Positions 41,929 to 51,359 are shown, counted from the first letter of the stretch. The stretch: DNA of 62,145 nucleotides from Thermoanaerobaculia bacterium (GCA_036271035.1 DATBBK010000063.1:1-62145), one strand, 5' to 3'. The notes: generated by a model not told the origin, from the letters alone. Program-made: numbers and translations.

Positions 41929-43200
41929 ATGTCGTCCGCCGCCACCGGTCCTCGGGTCGTGATCCTGGGCGCGGGCTTCGCCGGACTGAGCGCCGCGCGC
42001 GAGCTCGCCGGCGCGGACGTCCAGGTGACGGTCGTCGACCGCCGGAATCATCACCTCTTCGCTCCCCTGCTCTACCAGGTCGCGACGGCCGCGCTGTCGC
42101 CGGGCGACATCGCGTATCCGATCCGCGCGATCCTGAGTCGACAGGCGAACACGCGGGTCCTGCTCGGCGACGCGGTCGCCATCGACCCCGCGCGGCGCGA
42201 GCTCGTCCTCACCGACGAGCGGATCCCCTACGACTACCTGATCCTCGCGTCCGGCTCGCGCCACGCATACTTCGGCCACGACGCGTGGGAGAAGGACGCG
42301 CCGGGGCTCAAGACGCTCGAGGATGCGCTCGAGATCCGGCGTCGGATCCTGCTGGCGTTCGAGCGGGCGGAGCGGGAGCACGATCCCGCGCAGCGCCGGC
42401 GCCTGCTGACGTTCGTCCTGGTCGGAGGCGGTCCGACGGGCGTCGAGCTCGCCGGCGCGATCTCCGAGATCTCCCGCCACGTCCTCGTGAAGGACTTCCG
42501 CGCGATCGATCCGCGGGAGGCGCGCATCGTCCTCGCCGAGGCCGGGCCGCGCATCCTGCCGGCGTACGCGGCCGAGTCCTCGGAGCACGCGGCGCAGACC
42601 CTTCGCGCGCGCGGCGTGGAGGTGCGCACCGGGACGCCGATCACGGGCGTCGACGCGGACGGCGTGCTCGCGGGCGGGGAGCGAATCGAGGCGAGCACCA
42701 TCCTGTGGACGGCGGGCGTCGCCGCGTCGCCGCTCGCCGCGTCGCTCGGCGTCGAGCGCGACCGCGCAGGACGCGTCGCCGTCGACCGGGACCTCTCGGT
42801 GCCCGAGCATCCGCAGATCTTCGTCGCGGGCGACCTCGCGCTGTTCCCGTATCAGACCGGGGCGCCGCTGCCCGGCGTGGCCCAGGTCGCGCTCCAGCAG
42901 GGACGCCACGCCGCGCGCAACGTGCGCCGCGACCTGGAGCGGCAGCCGCGGCAACCCTTCCACTACTCCGACCGCGGCAACCTCGCCGTCATCGGGCGGT
43001 CGGCGGCCGTCGCGGAGATCTACGGGCTGAAGCTCTCCGGATGGGCGGCGTGGCTCGTCTGGTGCTTCATCCACATCCTCTACCTGATCGGATTCCGGAA
43101 CCGGTTTGTCGTGATGTTCGAGTGGGCGTGGTCCTACTTCAGCGACCAGCGCGGCGCGAGGCTCATCACGGGCGATCTGGAGGGGCACCAGCAGGAGTAG
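41929..43200 (+). CDS. ndh: type II NADH:quinone oxidoreductase (NDH-2)
   Basis: VVILGAGFAGL...NHHLFAPLLYQVA..., second dinucleotide fold LVGGGPTGVELAG, and a C-terminal membrane-anchoring helix. Confidence 0.92.
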   Translation: MSSAATGPRVVILGAGFAGLSAARELAGADVQVTVVDRRNHHLFAPLLYQVATAALSPGDIAYPIRAILSRQANTRVLLGDAVAIDPARRELVLTDERIPYDYLILASGSRHAYFGHDAWEKDAPGLKTLEDALEIRRRILLAFERAEREHDPAQRRRLLTFVLVGGGPTGVELAGAISEISRHVLVKDFRAIDPREARIVLAEAGPRILPAYAAESSEHAAQTLRARGVEVRTGTPITGVDADGVLAGGERIEASTILWTAGVAASPLAASLGVERDRAGRVAVDRDLSVPEHPQIFVAGDLALFPYQTGAPLPGVAQVALQQGRHAARNVRRDLERQPRQPFHYSDRGNLAVIGRSAAVAEIYGLKLSGWAAWLVWCFIHILYLIGFRNRFVVMFEWAWSYFSDQRGARLITGDLEGHQQE

Positions 43201-43247
43201 AGTCTCGGAAAGTCATTGGCTCGACTTCAGCAAACAAGGAGGATCGG

Positions 43248-44543
43248 ATGGCCATCCATCGTCGCGCCCTCCTCTCGGGTCTGGCCTCGGGCGTCGGCCT
43301 GTTCGCGTGGCGCGGCGACTCCCTCGCGCGCATCGTCTCGGCCGGCCGTTCCGCGGGCGCGGCGCCGCCGCAGACGCTCGCGACCGAGGAGGCCTACTGG
43401 GGCGAGATCGCGCGGGCGTTCGACGTCGACCGCACTTGCATCAACCTCAACAACGGCGGCTGCAGTCCCGCTCCCTCATCCGTCATGGACGTGCTCATCC
43501 GCGACGTGCGCTTCTCGAACGAGATCCCGGTCCACAACATGTGGACCGTCCTCGAGCCCCGGATCGAGAGCTGCCGCCGCGACCTCGCGGCCGAGTTCGG
43601 CTGTGATCCCGAGGAGATGGCCATCACGCGCAACGCGTCCGAGTCGCTCGAGACGCTGATCCAGGGGATCGACCTCCAGAAGGGCGACGAGGTCGTCGTC
43701 ACGACCCAGAACTATCCGCGCATGCTCACGACGTGGGACCAGCGCGCGCGGCGCGACGGCATCGTCGTCAAGCGCATCACGTTCCCGGTGCCGCCCGTCT
43801 CGCAGGCGGACCTCGTGGAGCGGTACCGCGCCGCGATCACGCCTCGCACCCGGGTCCTCGAGGTCACGCACATCACGAACCTCACGGGGCAGATCTTCCC
43901 GATCCGCGACATCGTGAAGATGGCGCGGGAGCGCGGGATCGAGGTCTTCGTCGACGGCGCGCACGCGTTCGCGCACTTTCCATTCAAGCGCGACGAGCTC
44001 GACTGCGACTACTACGGGACGAGCCTGCACAAGTGGCTGTACGCCCCGATCGGAACGGGCTTCCTGTACGTGCGCAAGTCGAAGCAGAAGAAGATGTGGC
44101 CGCTCATGGCCGCTCCGCCGGAGATGGACGAGAACGTGCGCAAGTACGAGGAGATCGGCACGCACCCTGCGGCGAACCACAACGCGATCGCGATGGCGAT
44201 GGTGTTCCACCGGACGATCGGATCCGACCGGAAGGCGGCGCGCCTCCGCTTTCTGCGCGACCGCTGGGCGAAGCGGCTCTCCGCGGCGAGCTCGCGCGTG
44301 AAGGTGCTCACGCCGTTGAACGACACCGACTCCTGCGGCATCGGCTTCGCGCACTTCGAGGGTCTCGACACGAAGAAGCTCCAGGCGCACCTCTGGGACA
44401 AGCACCGGATCATGACGACGCCCATAGATCACCCCGAGTTCAATGGGCTGCGAATCACGCCGAACGTGTACACGATGCCCGGCGAGGTGGATCAGTTCTG
44501 CGACCGGATGGAGAACATTCTGAAGGACGGCCTTCCCGCGTGA
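43248..44543 (+). CDS. class V aminotransferase-fold PLP enzyme with a twin-arginine signal peptide
   Basis: AAGGAGG SD. MAIHRRALLSGLASGVGLFAWRG (Tat-like). PLP-lysine region GTSLHKWLYAPIG. Confidence 0.85.
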   Translation: MAIHRRALLSGLASGVGLFAWRGDSLARIVSAGRSAGAAPPQTLATEEAYWGEIARAFDVDRTCINLNNGGCSPAPSSVMDVLIRDVRFSNEIPVHNMWTVLEPRIESCRRDLAAEFGCDPEEMAITRNASESLETLIQGIDLQKGDEVVVTTQNYPRMLTTWDQRARRDGIVVKRITFPVPPVSQADLVERYRAAITPRTRVLEVTHITNLTGQIFPIRDIVKMARERGIEVFVDGAHAFAHFPFKRDELDCDYYGTSLHKWLYAPIGTGFLYVRKSKQKKMWPLMAAPPEMDENVRKYEEIGTHPAANHNAIAMAMVFHRTIGSDRKAARLRFLRDRWAKRLSAASSRVKVLTPLNDTDSCGIGFAHFEGLDTKKLQAHLWDKHRIMTTPIDHPEFNGLRITPNVYTMPGEVDQFCDRMENILKDGLPA

Positions 44544-44573
44544 GGTGAGCTGGGTTGGCGAACGGACCGGTCG

Positions 44574-44757
44574 AGGAGGACCGGCCCGCAAGTCCCGCGG
44601 CTACTAAGTCGCTTACAGAAAACACCAGCCGGCAAGTCGGGCCTGCGCGCTTCGATGGGGTCAGGTCTTCGGTTTTCGGAGCTCTTTTCCCGGTGGGGCA
44701 CCACCGATCTCGCGTCGTCGCTCCGAAAACGCTAACACCTGCCCCGGGCACGGCATC
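44574..44757. repeat. conserved ~184-nt structured intergenic element, copy 2
   Basis: See copy 1 (10822-11004). Same orientation. Confidence 0.8.
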
Positions 44758-44764
44758 CGTTGAG

Positions 44765-44789
44765 GGAACCTCCTCCCCCTGCCGGTGTC
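44765..44789 (+). promoter_or_regulatory. ECF-type promoter candidate (GGAAC-N17-GTC)
   Basis: GGAAC at 44765-44769 and GTC at 44787-44789, about 20 nt upstream of the start at 44810 of the first gene in the secreted protein / ECF sigma / anti-sigma operon. Confidence 0.35.
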
Positions 44790-44809
44790 CCAATAGCCGG
44801 AGGGACGTC

Positions 44810-45727
44810 ATGCGCCGTTCGCTCAGCCTCGCCGGGCTCTTCTTGACCGCCTCGGTCGCCGCCGCCTCGAACAACCCGGGATACTCCATGGCCGTGCTGA
44901 TCGACGGCGCGCCGGCCGTCGAGTACGCCGCTCGCGGGCGGCTCTACGTCGAGGCGCTGCGCGGGCGCGAGTTCACGATCCGCCTCCACAATCCCGGCCC
45001 CGGCCGCGTCGCGGTCGCGCTCTCCGTGGACGGCCGCAACGTCCTCGACGCGAAGCGGACCTCGACCGCCGAGGCGTCCAAGTGGGTGATCGGGCCGGGC
45101 GAGACCCTCGACGTTCCGGGCTGGCAGATCTCCGGCCAGACGTCGCGCCGCTTCTTCTTCACGGAGACGGAGCGCTCGTACGCGAAGTGGCTCGGCGACA
45201 CGTCCAACGTGGGGACCATCGAGGCCGTGTTCTTCCGCGAAAAGGGATCGCGCGTTGCGGTCCGTCCGGCGCCGCCCGTCGAGGACGAGAGCAACTGGAC
45301 GCCGGACCGGTCTTCGGCGGACGGCGTCGAGGGAGGCGTGCCGGGAGGCGTCGTGGGCGGCGTGCCCGGAGACGCCGCGGACGGCGTCGGTGACTCGCCC
45401 GCGATCCAGAACGAGGTCCGCGTCGCGCCCCGCTCCGCGAAGCCGTCTCAGCCCGCGCCCGCGCCGAAGCCCGCTCCCAAGGCGGCGCCCAGCGAGGCCG
45501 ACCGGTTCGCCGCGACCGGCATCGGCGAGCGGACCGGTTTCTCCGTCGAGTGGGTTTCACTCGAGCTGGAGGATCGGCCGGCCTCGAGCGTCGCGCTGCG
45601 GTACGAGTTCCGCGAGCAGCTCGTGCGCCTCGGCGTCGTGCCGCGGGACGTCCGCGGGCTCTACGCGCGCGAGCACGCGCGCGGCTTCGAGCCGGCGTAC
45701 GCGCCCGATCCGGACGGCCAGCGGTAG
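44810..45727 (+). CDS. secreted hypothetical protein (two domains joined by a Gly/Pro/Ala-rich linker)
   Basis: GGAGGGA SD, signal peptide MRRSLSLAGLFLTASVAAA. 305 aa. Sits immediately upstream of the ECF sigma gene. Confidence 0.7.
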   Translation: MRRSLSLAGLFLTASVAAASNNPGYSMAVLIDGAPAVEYAARGRLYVEALRGREFTIRLHNPGPGRVAVALSVDGRNVLDAKRTSTAEASKWVIGPGETLDVPGWQISGQTSRRFFFTETERSYAKWLGDTSNVGTIEAVFFREKGSRVAVRPAPPVEDESNWTPDRSSADGVEGGVPGGVVGGVPGDAADGVGDSPAIQNEVRVAPRSAKPSQPAPAPKPAPKAAPSEADRFAATGIGERTGFSVEWVSLELEDRPASSVALRYEFREQLVRLGVVPRDVRGLYAREHARGFEPAYAPDPDGQR

Positions 45728-45730
45728 AGC

Positions 45731-46405
45731 GTGTCGGCGATTCGGCGAGGACTCGCTTCGGTGAACGGAGGACCGGTCCGCCGTAGAATCGTGGCGCCGC
45801 CGCCCCCGCGGCGCGAGCGCGTGCCGGAACCCGAGAACGAGAAGAGCGACGACGCGCTCCTGACGGAGGCGCGCGAGGGCGACGAGGCGGCGTTCGGCCT
45901 CTTCGTCCGGCGGCACGCCGAGACGGTGCATCGCTGGATGGCGCGGGCGGTCGGCCAGGAGGACGCGGACGACGCGACACAGGAGGTGTTCCTGAAGGCG
46001 TACCGGGGACTCGCGGCGTTTCGGGGCGAGGCGCCTCCGCGAGCGTGGCTCGCTTCGATCGCCGACAACGCGGTGAAGAACCGATACCGCTCGCGCAGCC
46101 GCTTCCGCCGCGTGTTCGCGGGCAGCTGGGAGAACGACCAGGGCTTCGAGCCTCCCGCGGTCGGCAGCGGCCCCGAGGAGAACGCGCGCGCGGGCGAGTC
46201 GCGACGGCTCGTCACCGAGGCGCTGCGGCAGCTCGCCCCCGAGTTCCGCATGCCGGTCGTCCTGCGCGACATCGAGGAATGGAGCTACGACGAGATCGCG
46301 GTGTCCCTCGGCCTGCCCGTCGGAACCGTGAAGTCCCGAATCGCGCGCGGGCGCGGACAGCTCAAGGAGATCCTCGCCCCGCTTCTCTCCGGAAGGTGGC
46401 CATGA
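45731..46405 (+). CDS. ECF (sigma-24 type) RNA polymerase sigma factor
   Basis: Region 2 DADDATQEVFLKAYRGL...WLASIADNAVKN and region 4 SYDEIAVSLGLPVGTVKSRIARGR. The exact start is uncertain (several in-frame GTGs). Confidence 0.88.
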   Translation: MSAIRRGLASVNGGPVRRRIVAPPPPRRERVPEPENEKSDDALLTEAREGDEAAFGLFVRRHAETVHRWMARAVGQEDADDATQEVFLKAYRGLAAFRGEAPPRAWLASIADNAVKNRYRSRSRFRRVFAGSWENDQGFEPPAVGSGPEENARAGESRRLVTEALRQLAPEFRMPVVLRDIEEWSYDEIAVSLGLPVGTVKSRIARGRGQLKEILAPLLSGRWP

Positions 46406-47568
46406 ACGGATCGATCCCGACCCATCCGGCCGAATCGCCCGAGTTCCTGTCGCGTCTCCAGGACGGCGAGCTGTCCGCGGCCGAGGCGGCTTCGTTCGAG
46501 GAGCACCGGAAGACGTGCGCGCGCTGCCGCGAGAACGCGGACTCCTACACGCGGGTCCTCGACGTGTTCCGGTCCGCGGCGCCGCGCCCCGCCGCCTCGG
46601 ATCTGTCCGCGCGGATCCTGCGCAAGGTACGCGCGCAGTCGCCGTCGCGGAGGCCCTTCGGCGTGACGTTCGGGATCGACGTGCGCTGGGCGGGCGTGTG
46701 CGCGGCGGCCCTCGTCGTCGTGATCATGGCGGCGTCGATCCTCGACGAGGGACCCCTGCCCTCGATCGTGCTGCCCGAGCCGCAACGGGTCACGGAGCCC
46801 GAGTCCGTGCGGGCGCGGCTCCTCGAGCGCGAGCAGGCGCCCGCGAGCCGGGGCCGGAAGGAGCTCGCGAAGACGGCGCCCGCGCCGGCGGCGCCGAAGC
46901 CGAACGATCTCGCCGCGAAACAGGCGCCTCTCGCCGCGCCGCACGAGGAGACGGCGGCCGCGCCGTCCTCCGCCGCTGCGTTCGCGCCGGAGCCCTCCGC
47001 GAGCGCCGAGACGCGACTCCAGGCCGCCGCGCCGGCGGACGCGCTGGCCAAGCGCGACGAGGAAAAGTCCGCGGGCCGCCGCGACGAGATCGCTCAGAAC
47101 AAGAAGGAGCAGCCGGACGCCGGCGCGGCAAACGAGGCCTCGGGCCGCGACGCCCTCAAGACGGAGCGCCGCAGCGGCGCGCCCGCCGCCGGTTTCATCG
47201 CGCCGCCGGCGCGCCGGATCACGGTGCCGTCCGACGCGCCGGGCGGAGAGGCGGGGATGGCGCTCGACCTCGAGGCGGACGCGGCGCTTCATCTCGGGGT
47301 CCGTCCCGTTGACGGGTTCGGCAGCCCGCCGGCGCTCGAGCCCGGCGCGGACGCCGCGGCCCTGGCGCCCCTGCGCGGGCGCGAGTTCGTCCTCATCGTC
47401 GAGAGCGCCGGGCGCGTGCGCTCGGCGTCCGTGTCCGCCGGGAGCAACGCGCTGAACATCCGGACGAAGGACAAGGCCGCCGTCGTCCGCGACGACCTGT
47501 CTCCGCTGCTCTCGCTGCGCTTCGCGCCGGGCGATCGGCCGCGCCGGCTCGTCGTGCGGATCGACTGA
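46402..47568 (+). CDS. anti-sigma factor (zf-HC2, single TM, Ala/Pro-rich periplasmic region)
   Basis: ATGA overlap with the sigma gene. H-x3-C-x2-C motif (HRKTCARC). TM helix WAGVCAAALVVVIMAASIL. Confidence 0.82.
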   Translation: MNGSIPTHPAESPEFLSRLQDGELSAAEAASFEEHRKTCARCRENADSYTRVLDVFRSAAPRPAASDLSARILRKVRAQSPSRRPFGVTFGIDVRWAGVCAAALVVVIMAASILDEGPLPSIVLPEPQRVTEPESVRARLLEREQAPASRGRKELAKTAPAPAAPKPNDLAAKQAPLAAPHEETAAAPSSAAAFAPEPSASAETRLQAAAPADALAKRDEEKSAGRRDEIAQNKKEQPDAGAANEASGRDALKTERRSGAPAAGFIAPPARRITVPSDAPGGEAGMALDLEADAALHLGVRPVDGFGSPPALEPGADAAALAPLRGREFVLIVESAGRVRSASVSAGSNALNIRTKDKAAVVRDDLSPLLSLRFAPGDRPRRLVVRID

Positions 47569-47575
47569 GGCGGCG

Positions 47576-48601
47576 TCAGCGGGACACGCGCAGCACCGCC
47601 GCGCCGCGGACGTTCCCGCGCGCGACGTCCTGCAGCGCCGCGTTCGCGTCCTCGAGCGCGTACTCGGCCACGTGCGACCGGATCGGCATCGCCGCCGCTA
47701 GCGCGAGCAGCTCGATCGCGTCGCGGTGCGTGAAGTTCTGCACGCTGCGGAGGACGCGCTCGCCGTAGATCCGTTCGTACTCCATCGAGGGGATCGGGCT
47801 CATGTGGATCGCGTTGATCGCGACCGTCCCGCCCGGCGCCACGCGCGCGAGAGCGGCGGGGACGAGCTCCCCCGCCGGCGCGAACGTCACGGCGGAGTCG
47901 AGGAGCACGCCCGGGTCCTCGTGCGCCTCCCCGGCCCACCTCGCGCCCATCTCCAGCGCGAGACGGCGGCCTGACTCGCCGCGGGTGAAGGCGTAGACCT
48001 CCCAGCCCCAGTGCAGCGCGACCTGGATCGCGAGGTGCGCCGAGGCGCCGAAGCCGAAGAGGCCGAGACGCCGGACTGAACGGCCCGGAGAATCGGGCTC
48101 CGGGGGCGCGACGCCCGCGAGCCGGAGCGAGCGATAGCCGATCACCCCGGCGCAGAGCAGCGGCGCGGCGTCGCGGACGGCGAAGCCGGGCGGCAGCGGA
48201 AACACCCACTCGGCGCGCGCCGTCAGCGCCTCCGCGTATCCCCCATCGCGGTCGCGGCCCGTGAATCGCGCCGCCGCGCACAGGTTCTCGCGCCCCGAGA
48301 GGCAGTACGCGCAGCGGCCGTCGACGGCGGCCATCCACCCCACGCCGACCGCGTCGCCGGGCGCGAGCCCCGCGACCCCGTCGCCGACGCCCGCGACGCG
48401 TCCCGCCGCCTGGTGTCCGAGGATGCGCGGCAGCGGCGCCTGGACCTCGCCCTCGGCGATGTGCAGGTCCGTGCGGCAGACGCCGCATGCCTCGACGTCG
48501 ATCGAGACCTCGCCGGGTCCAGGCTCGGGGACGGGAGCGTCGACGAGCGACAGCCGCGAGGTCGCGATCGGCCCGGCGCGATCGAGCCGCATCGCGCGCA
48601 T
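47576..48601 (-). CDS. zinc-dependent alcohol dehydrogenase family oxidoreductase
   Basis: Contains CGVCRTDLH and GHQAAGRV, a structural-zinc Cys cluster (CAYCLSGRENLC), and an NAD fold GLFGFGASAH. Confidence 0.9.
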   Translation of the reverse strand: MRAMRLDRAGPIATSRLSLVDAPVPEPGPGEVSIDVEACGVCRTDLHIAEGEVQAPLPRILGHQAAGRVAGVGDGVAGLAPGDAVGVGWMAAVDGRCAYCLSGRENLCAAARFTGRDRDGGYAEALTARAEWVFPLPPGFAVRDAAPLLCAGVIGYRSLRLAGVAPPEPDSPGRSVRRLGLFGFGASAHLAIQVALHWGWEVYAFTRGESGRRLALEMGARWAGEAHEDPGVLLDSAVTFAPAGELVPAALARVAPGGTVAINAIHMSPIPSMEYERIYGERVLRSVQNFTHRDAIELLALAAAMPIRSHVAEYALEDANAALQDVARGNVRGAAVLRVSR

Positions 48602-48623
48602 GAGACGAATACTATGGCCGGAG

Positions 48624-49097
48624 ATGACCGCGATGGAGGCGCACCGGCCGGGCTTCGACGCGCTGCTCGAGGAGTACGGCCGTCAGCACGCCACGCGCGG
48701 GAATCGGGTGTGCCACGCGTTCGGCATCACGCTGATCGTCTTCGGCATCCTCGCGCTGCTGCAGGCCGTCCGCCTCGCCGGGCCGTGGACGGCGGCCGAG
48801 GTGCTGATCCTCGCGGCCGGCGTCTTCTACGTGTGGCGCGATCCCGTGCTGGGCATCGCGACGACGGGCGCCGCCGTGCTGCTGGATCTCGCGGCCCGCG
48901 CGATCGGCGACTGGCGCGTCGGCGCCGCGGCGTTCGCGTGCGGCTGGGTGTTCCAGGCGATCGGCCACGCCGTCTACGAGAAGAGGTCGCCGGCCTTCTT
49001 GCGCAACCTCGTGCACCTGCTCGTGGGGCCGGCGTTCATGGTCAACGAGGCGCTGCGCCTCCGCCCGGCCCCGCCGTCGCGCCCTCAGGGTCCGTAG
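48624..49097 (+). CDS. DUF962 (Mpo1-like) membrane protein
   Basis: FDALLEEYGRQHATRGNRVCHAFGI... with four TM segments and ...GHAVYEKRSPAF. ATG at 48624 chosen. Confidence 0.7.
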   Translation: MTAMEAHRPGFDALLEEYGRQHATRGNRVCHAFGITLIVFGILALLQAVRLAGPWTAAEVLILAAGVFYVWRDPVLGIATTGAAVLLDLAARAIGDWRVGAAAFACGWVFQAIGHAVYEKRSPAFLRNLVHLLVGPAFMVNEALRLRPAPPSRPQGP

Positions 49098-51271
49098 AGC
49101 GTCAGGCCGAACGTCTTCGTCAGGAAGACCGCCATCTGTCCGCGCCGCGTCGACTGCGAGGGACAGTACGCGCCGTTGCCGCAGCCCGCGGTGACGTCCT
49201 CGTTCTTCAGAGCCTCGACCCACGGCGCGAACGTATTGGACGCCGGCACGTCCCAGAACTCCCCGCTCGCGGGCGGCGGCGCCCAACCGGCGCCGTGCTC
49301 GGCCTTGAGCAGGAAGACGGCCATCTGCGCGCGCGTCACGGTCGCGTTCGGGCAGAACTTGGAGCCGCCGCAGCCCGCCGTGACCCCCTCGGCGGCGAGC
49401 CGCTCGATCCAGTCGGCCGCAAACGCGGTCGCGGGGACGTCGATGAAGACCTGGCCGGTCGCGGTCGGAGGCACGTACGCGGCGCCGTGTTCGGCGCGGA
49501 GCAGGAAGACCGCCATCTGCGCGCGCGACATCGACGCGTCCGGACAGAACGACGCGCCGCCGCAGCCTGTGGTGATGCCGTTGTGGAGGACGGTCTCGAC
49601 GTAGCGGTAGTCCGCGCGCGACGAGGGCGCGTCGGAGAAGGAGCCGCCGATGTGGATGGGCCACGTCCGCACCGACGTGTCGGAGAGAGTCTCCTGGAAG
49701 AACGCGTCCCAGTGCATTGCCGGCCGGGTCGCGGCCGTCACGACCACGGAGTAGCAGTCGCCGGTCGCGTCGAAGCACGACGCGCGCGCGCCCGCCGCGA
49801 CCGTGCCGTAGTCGGCGGCCGGGTCGCCGATCGCGTACGTCGCCCCCGTAGGGCCCGTGAACGAGGTCGCGGCTCCGGTCATCGCCGCCTCGGTCGCGGC
49901 GGAGTTCGTGTACGACGGCTCGATCGTCGCGACCTCGTTCGTCTCGAGCAGCCCGTTCGGGTGGATGTTCGTCGCCGTCGCGTGGCGGTCCACGCCGAAC
50001 GGCGGCGACGGGCCGAGATCGACCTGAACGACGAGACCGGTGGAGTCCGCGCCGAGCGGGGTGACGTGCAGCTGCGCGGCGACATCGGTGTAGGTCTGTC
50101 CGACCACGAGCGCGGCGTCCGCGAAGCCGGTCGTCGCCGGCGTCATGTCGAGGAGGCAGGAGTCGCACGTGTACGTCGGATAGCCGGGTCCGAGGTGGAC
50201 GAGCGCGCCGCTGATCGGGTTGCCCGACATGCCCGCGTCGAAGCCGAACGGCTGCCGGTACTCGAGCCAGTACGTGAGGCTCTGATCCGGCAGCGGGATC
50301 TGCACCGTGTAGAGGCTCTGGCCCGCCAGCTCGATCGGCGCGATCGTGTAAACGGCCATGCCGGTCACGTGCGTGGCGATCGTCGCGGGAGGCAGGTATC
50401 CGAGCTGGTACTTGAAGTACGCCGGGAAGTGCCGCGCGGCCGAATTGCCCATGATCGAGAAGCGGTCGCCGTACTCCGAGACGGTGCACGTGCCCCCGAG
50501 CACTCCCGAGCCGCACGACAGCGAGCTGGAGTGGCCGACGCCGAAGCAGTGGCCGAGCTCGTGGCCGACGACGAGCACCGAATTGGACTGGTTGATCCAC
50601 GCCGTGGATCCGCCGCCGAGCCCCGACCAGCCGCATGGCAGGTGCGGAAAGAAGTAGACCTGCTTCTCGTATCCGCCGGGGTTGTAGCCCGCGGCCTGAG
50701 CGCGCGCGATCGCCTGATTCATCACCGTGATGTAGTCGCACGTCGCCGGCGTGGCGACGGTCGCCGTCAGCCACGGCGTCACGATCCCCGACACCGTCTG
50801 CGCGCCGTAAGAGGCCTCGGCGTAATAGGCGGAGACGCCCTGCGCGCCGAAGACGACGTTCTGGACCTGCGCCTGCGTGAACGGCTCGGCCGCGGTGTCC
50901 GTGAACTTGATGAGGATCGCGATCACGGACGCGTTCTGGGCGACGACGGACGGCAGCGACGACGGCGCGGCGTCGAGGACCTCGACGCTCTCGACCGCGA
51001 ACGCGCCGCGTGCGGCCGGCGTGCCGTGAACGGCGATCCGAGCGCCCGATTCGAGCGGCGGCGCGCCGGCGGGCAGCTCGAGCACCGTGGCTGCGCCGGG
51101 CTTCTCGACGAGCGTCACGATGCGCGCGGCCGTTCCCGAGTCGAAGTCGTCGGCGGTCAGAATCTGGACGGTTCCCGTTCGCGTCTCGGTCGCCGCCGAG
51201 GCGAGAGCGGAGACGGTCCAGAGGATGGCGAAAGCGGCCGCACGGCGGCCCGGCGCCAGCCTGATGCTCAT
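49085..51271 (-). CDS. secreted metzincin-type zinc metalloprotease (gametolysin/M11-like) with three C-terminal SLH-like repeats
   Basis: Signal peptide. HELGHCFGVGH (HExxHxxGxxH). Three ~60-aa repeats F.D.p....w.e.l...gvTaGCG...fCP...vtRaQMAVFL. Confidence 0.85.
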   Translation of the reverse strand: MSIRLAPGRRAAAFAILWTVSALASAATETRTGTVQILTADDFDSGTAARIVTLVEKPGAATVLELPAGAPPLESGARIAVHGTPAARGAFAVESVEVLDAAPSSLPSVVAQNASVIAILIKFTDTAAEPFTQAQVQNVVFGAQGVSAYYAEASYGAQTVSGIVTPWLTATVATPATCDYITVMNQAIARAQAAGYNPGGYEKQVYFFPHLPCGWSGLGGGSTAWINQSNSVLVVGHELGHCFGVGHSSSLSCGSGVLGGTCTVSEYGDRFSIMGNSAARHFPAYFKYQLGYLPPATIATHVTGMAVYTIAPIELAGQSLYTVQIPLPDQSLTYWLEYRQPFGFDAGMSGNPISGALVHLGPGYPTYTCDSCLLDMTPATTGFADAALVVGQTYTDVAAQLHVTPLGADSTGLVVQVDLGPSPPFGVDRHATATNIHPNGLLETNEVATIEPSYTNSAATEAAMTGAATSFTGPTGATYAIGDPAADYGTVAAGARASCFDATGDCYSVVVTAATRPAMHWDAFFQETLSDTSVRTWPIHIGGSFSDAPSSRADYRYVETVLHNGITTGCGGASFCPDASMSRAQMAVFLLRAEHGAAYVPPTATGQVFIDVPATAFAADWIERLAAEGVTAGCGGSKFCPNATVTRAQMAVFLLKAEHGAGWAPPPASGEFWDVPASNTFAPWVEALKNEDVTAGCGNGAYCPSQSTRRGQMAVFLTKTFGLTLYGP

Positions 51272-51359
51272 GTCGTGTTCCTCCGGTGTGCGTTCGAGTA
51301 TAGGCAGCAGCCGGGGGGCGGGGCGTGATCCCAGGCACATTCGCCGGGGCGAATGCGTC

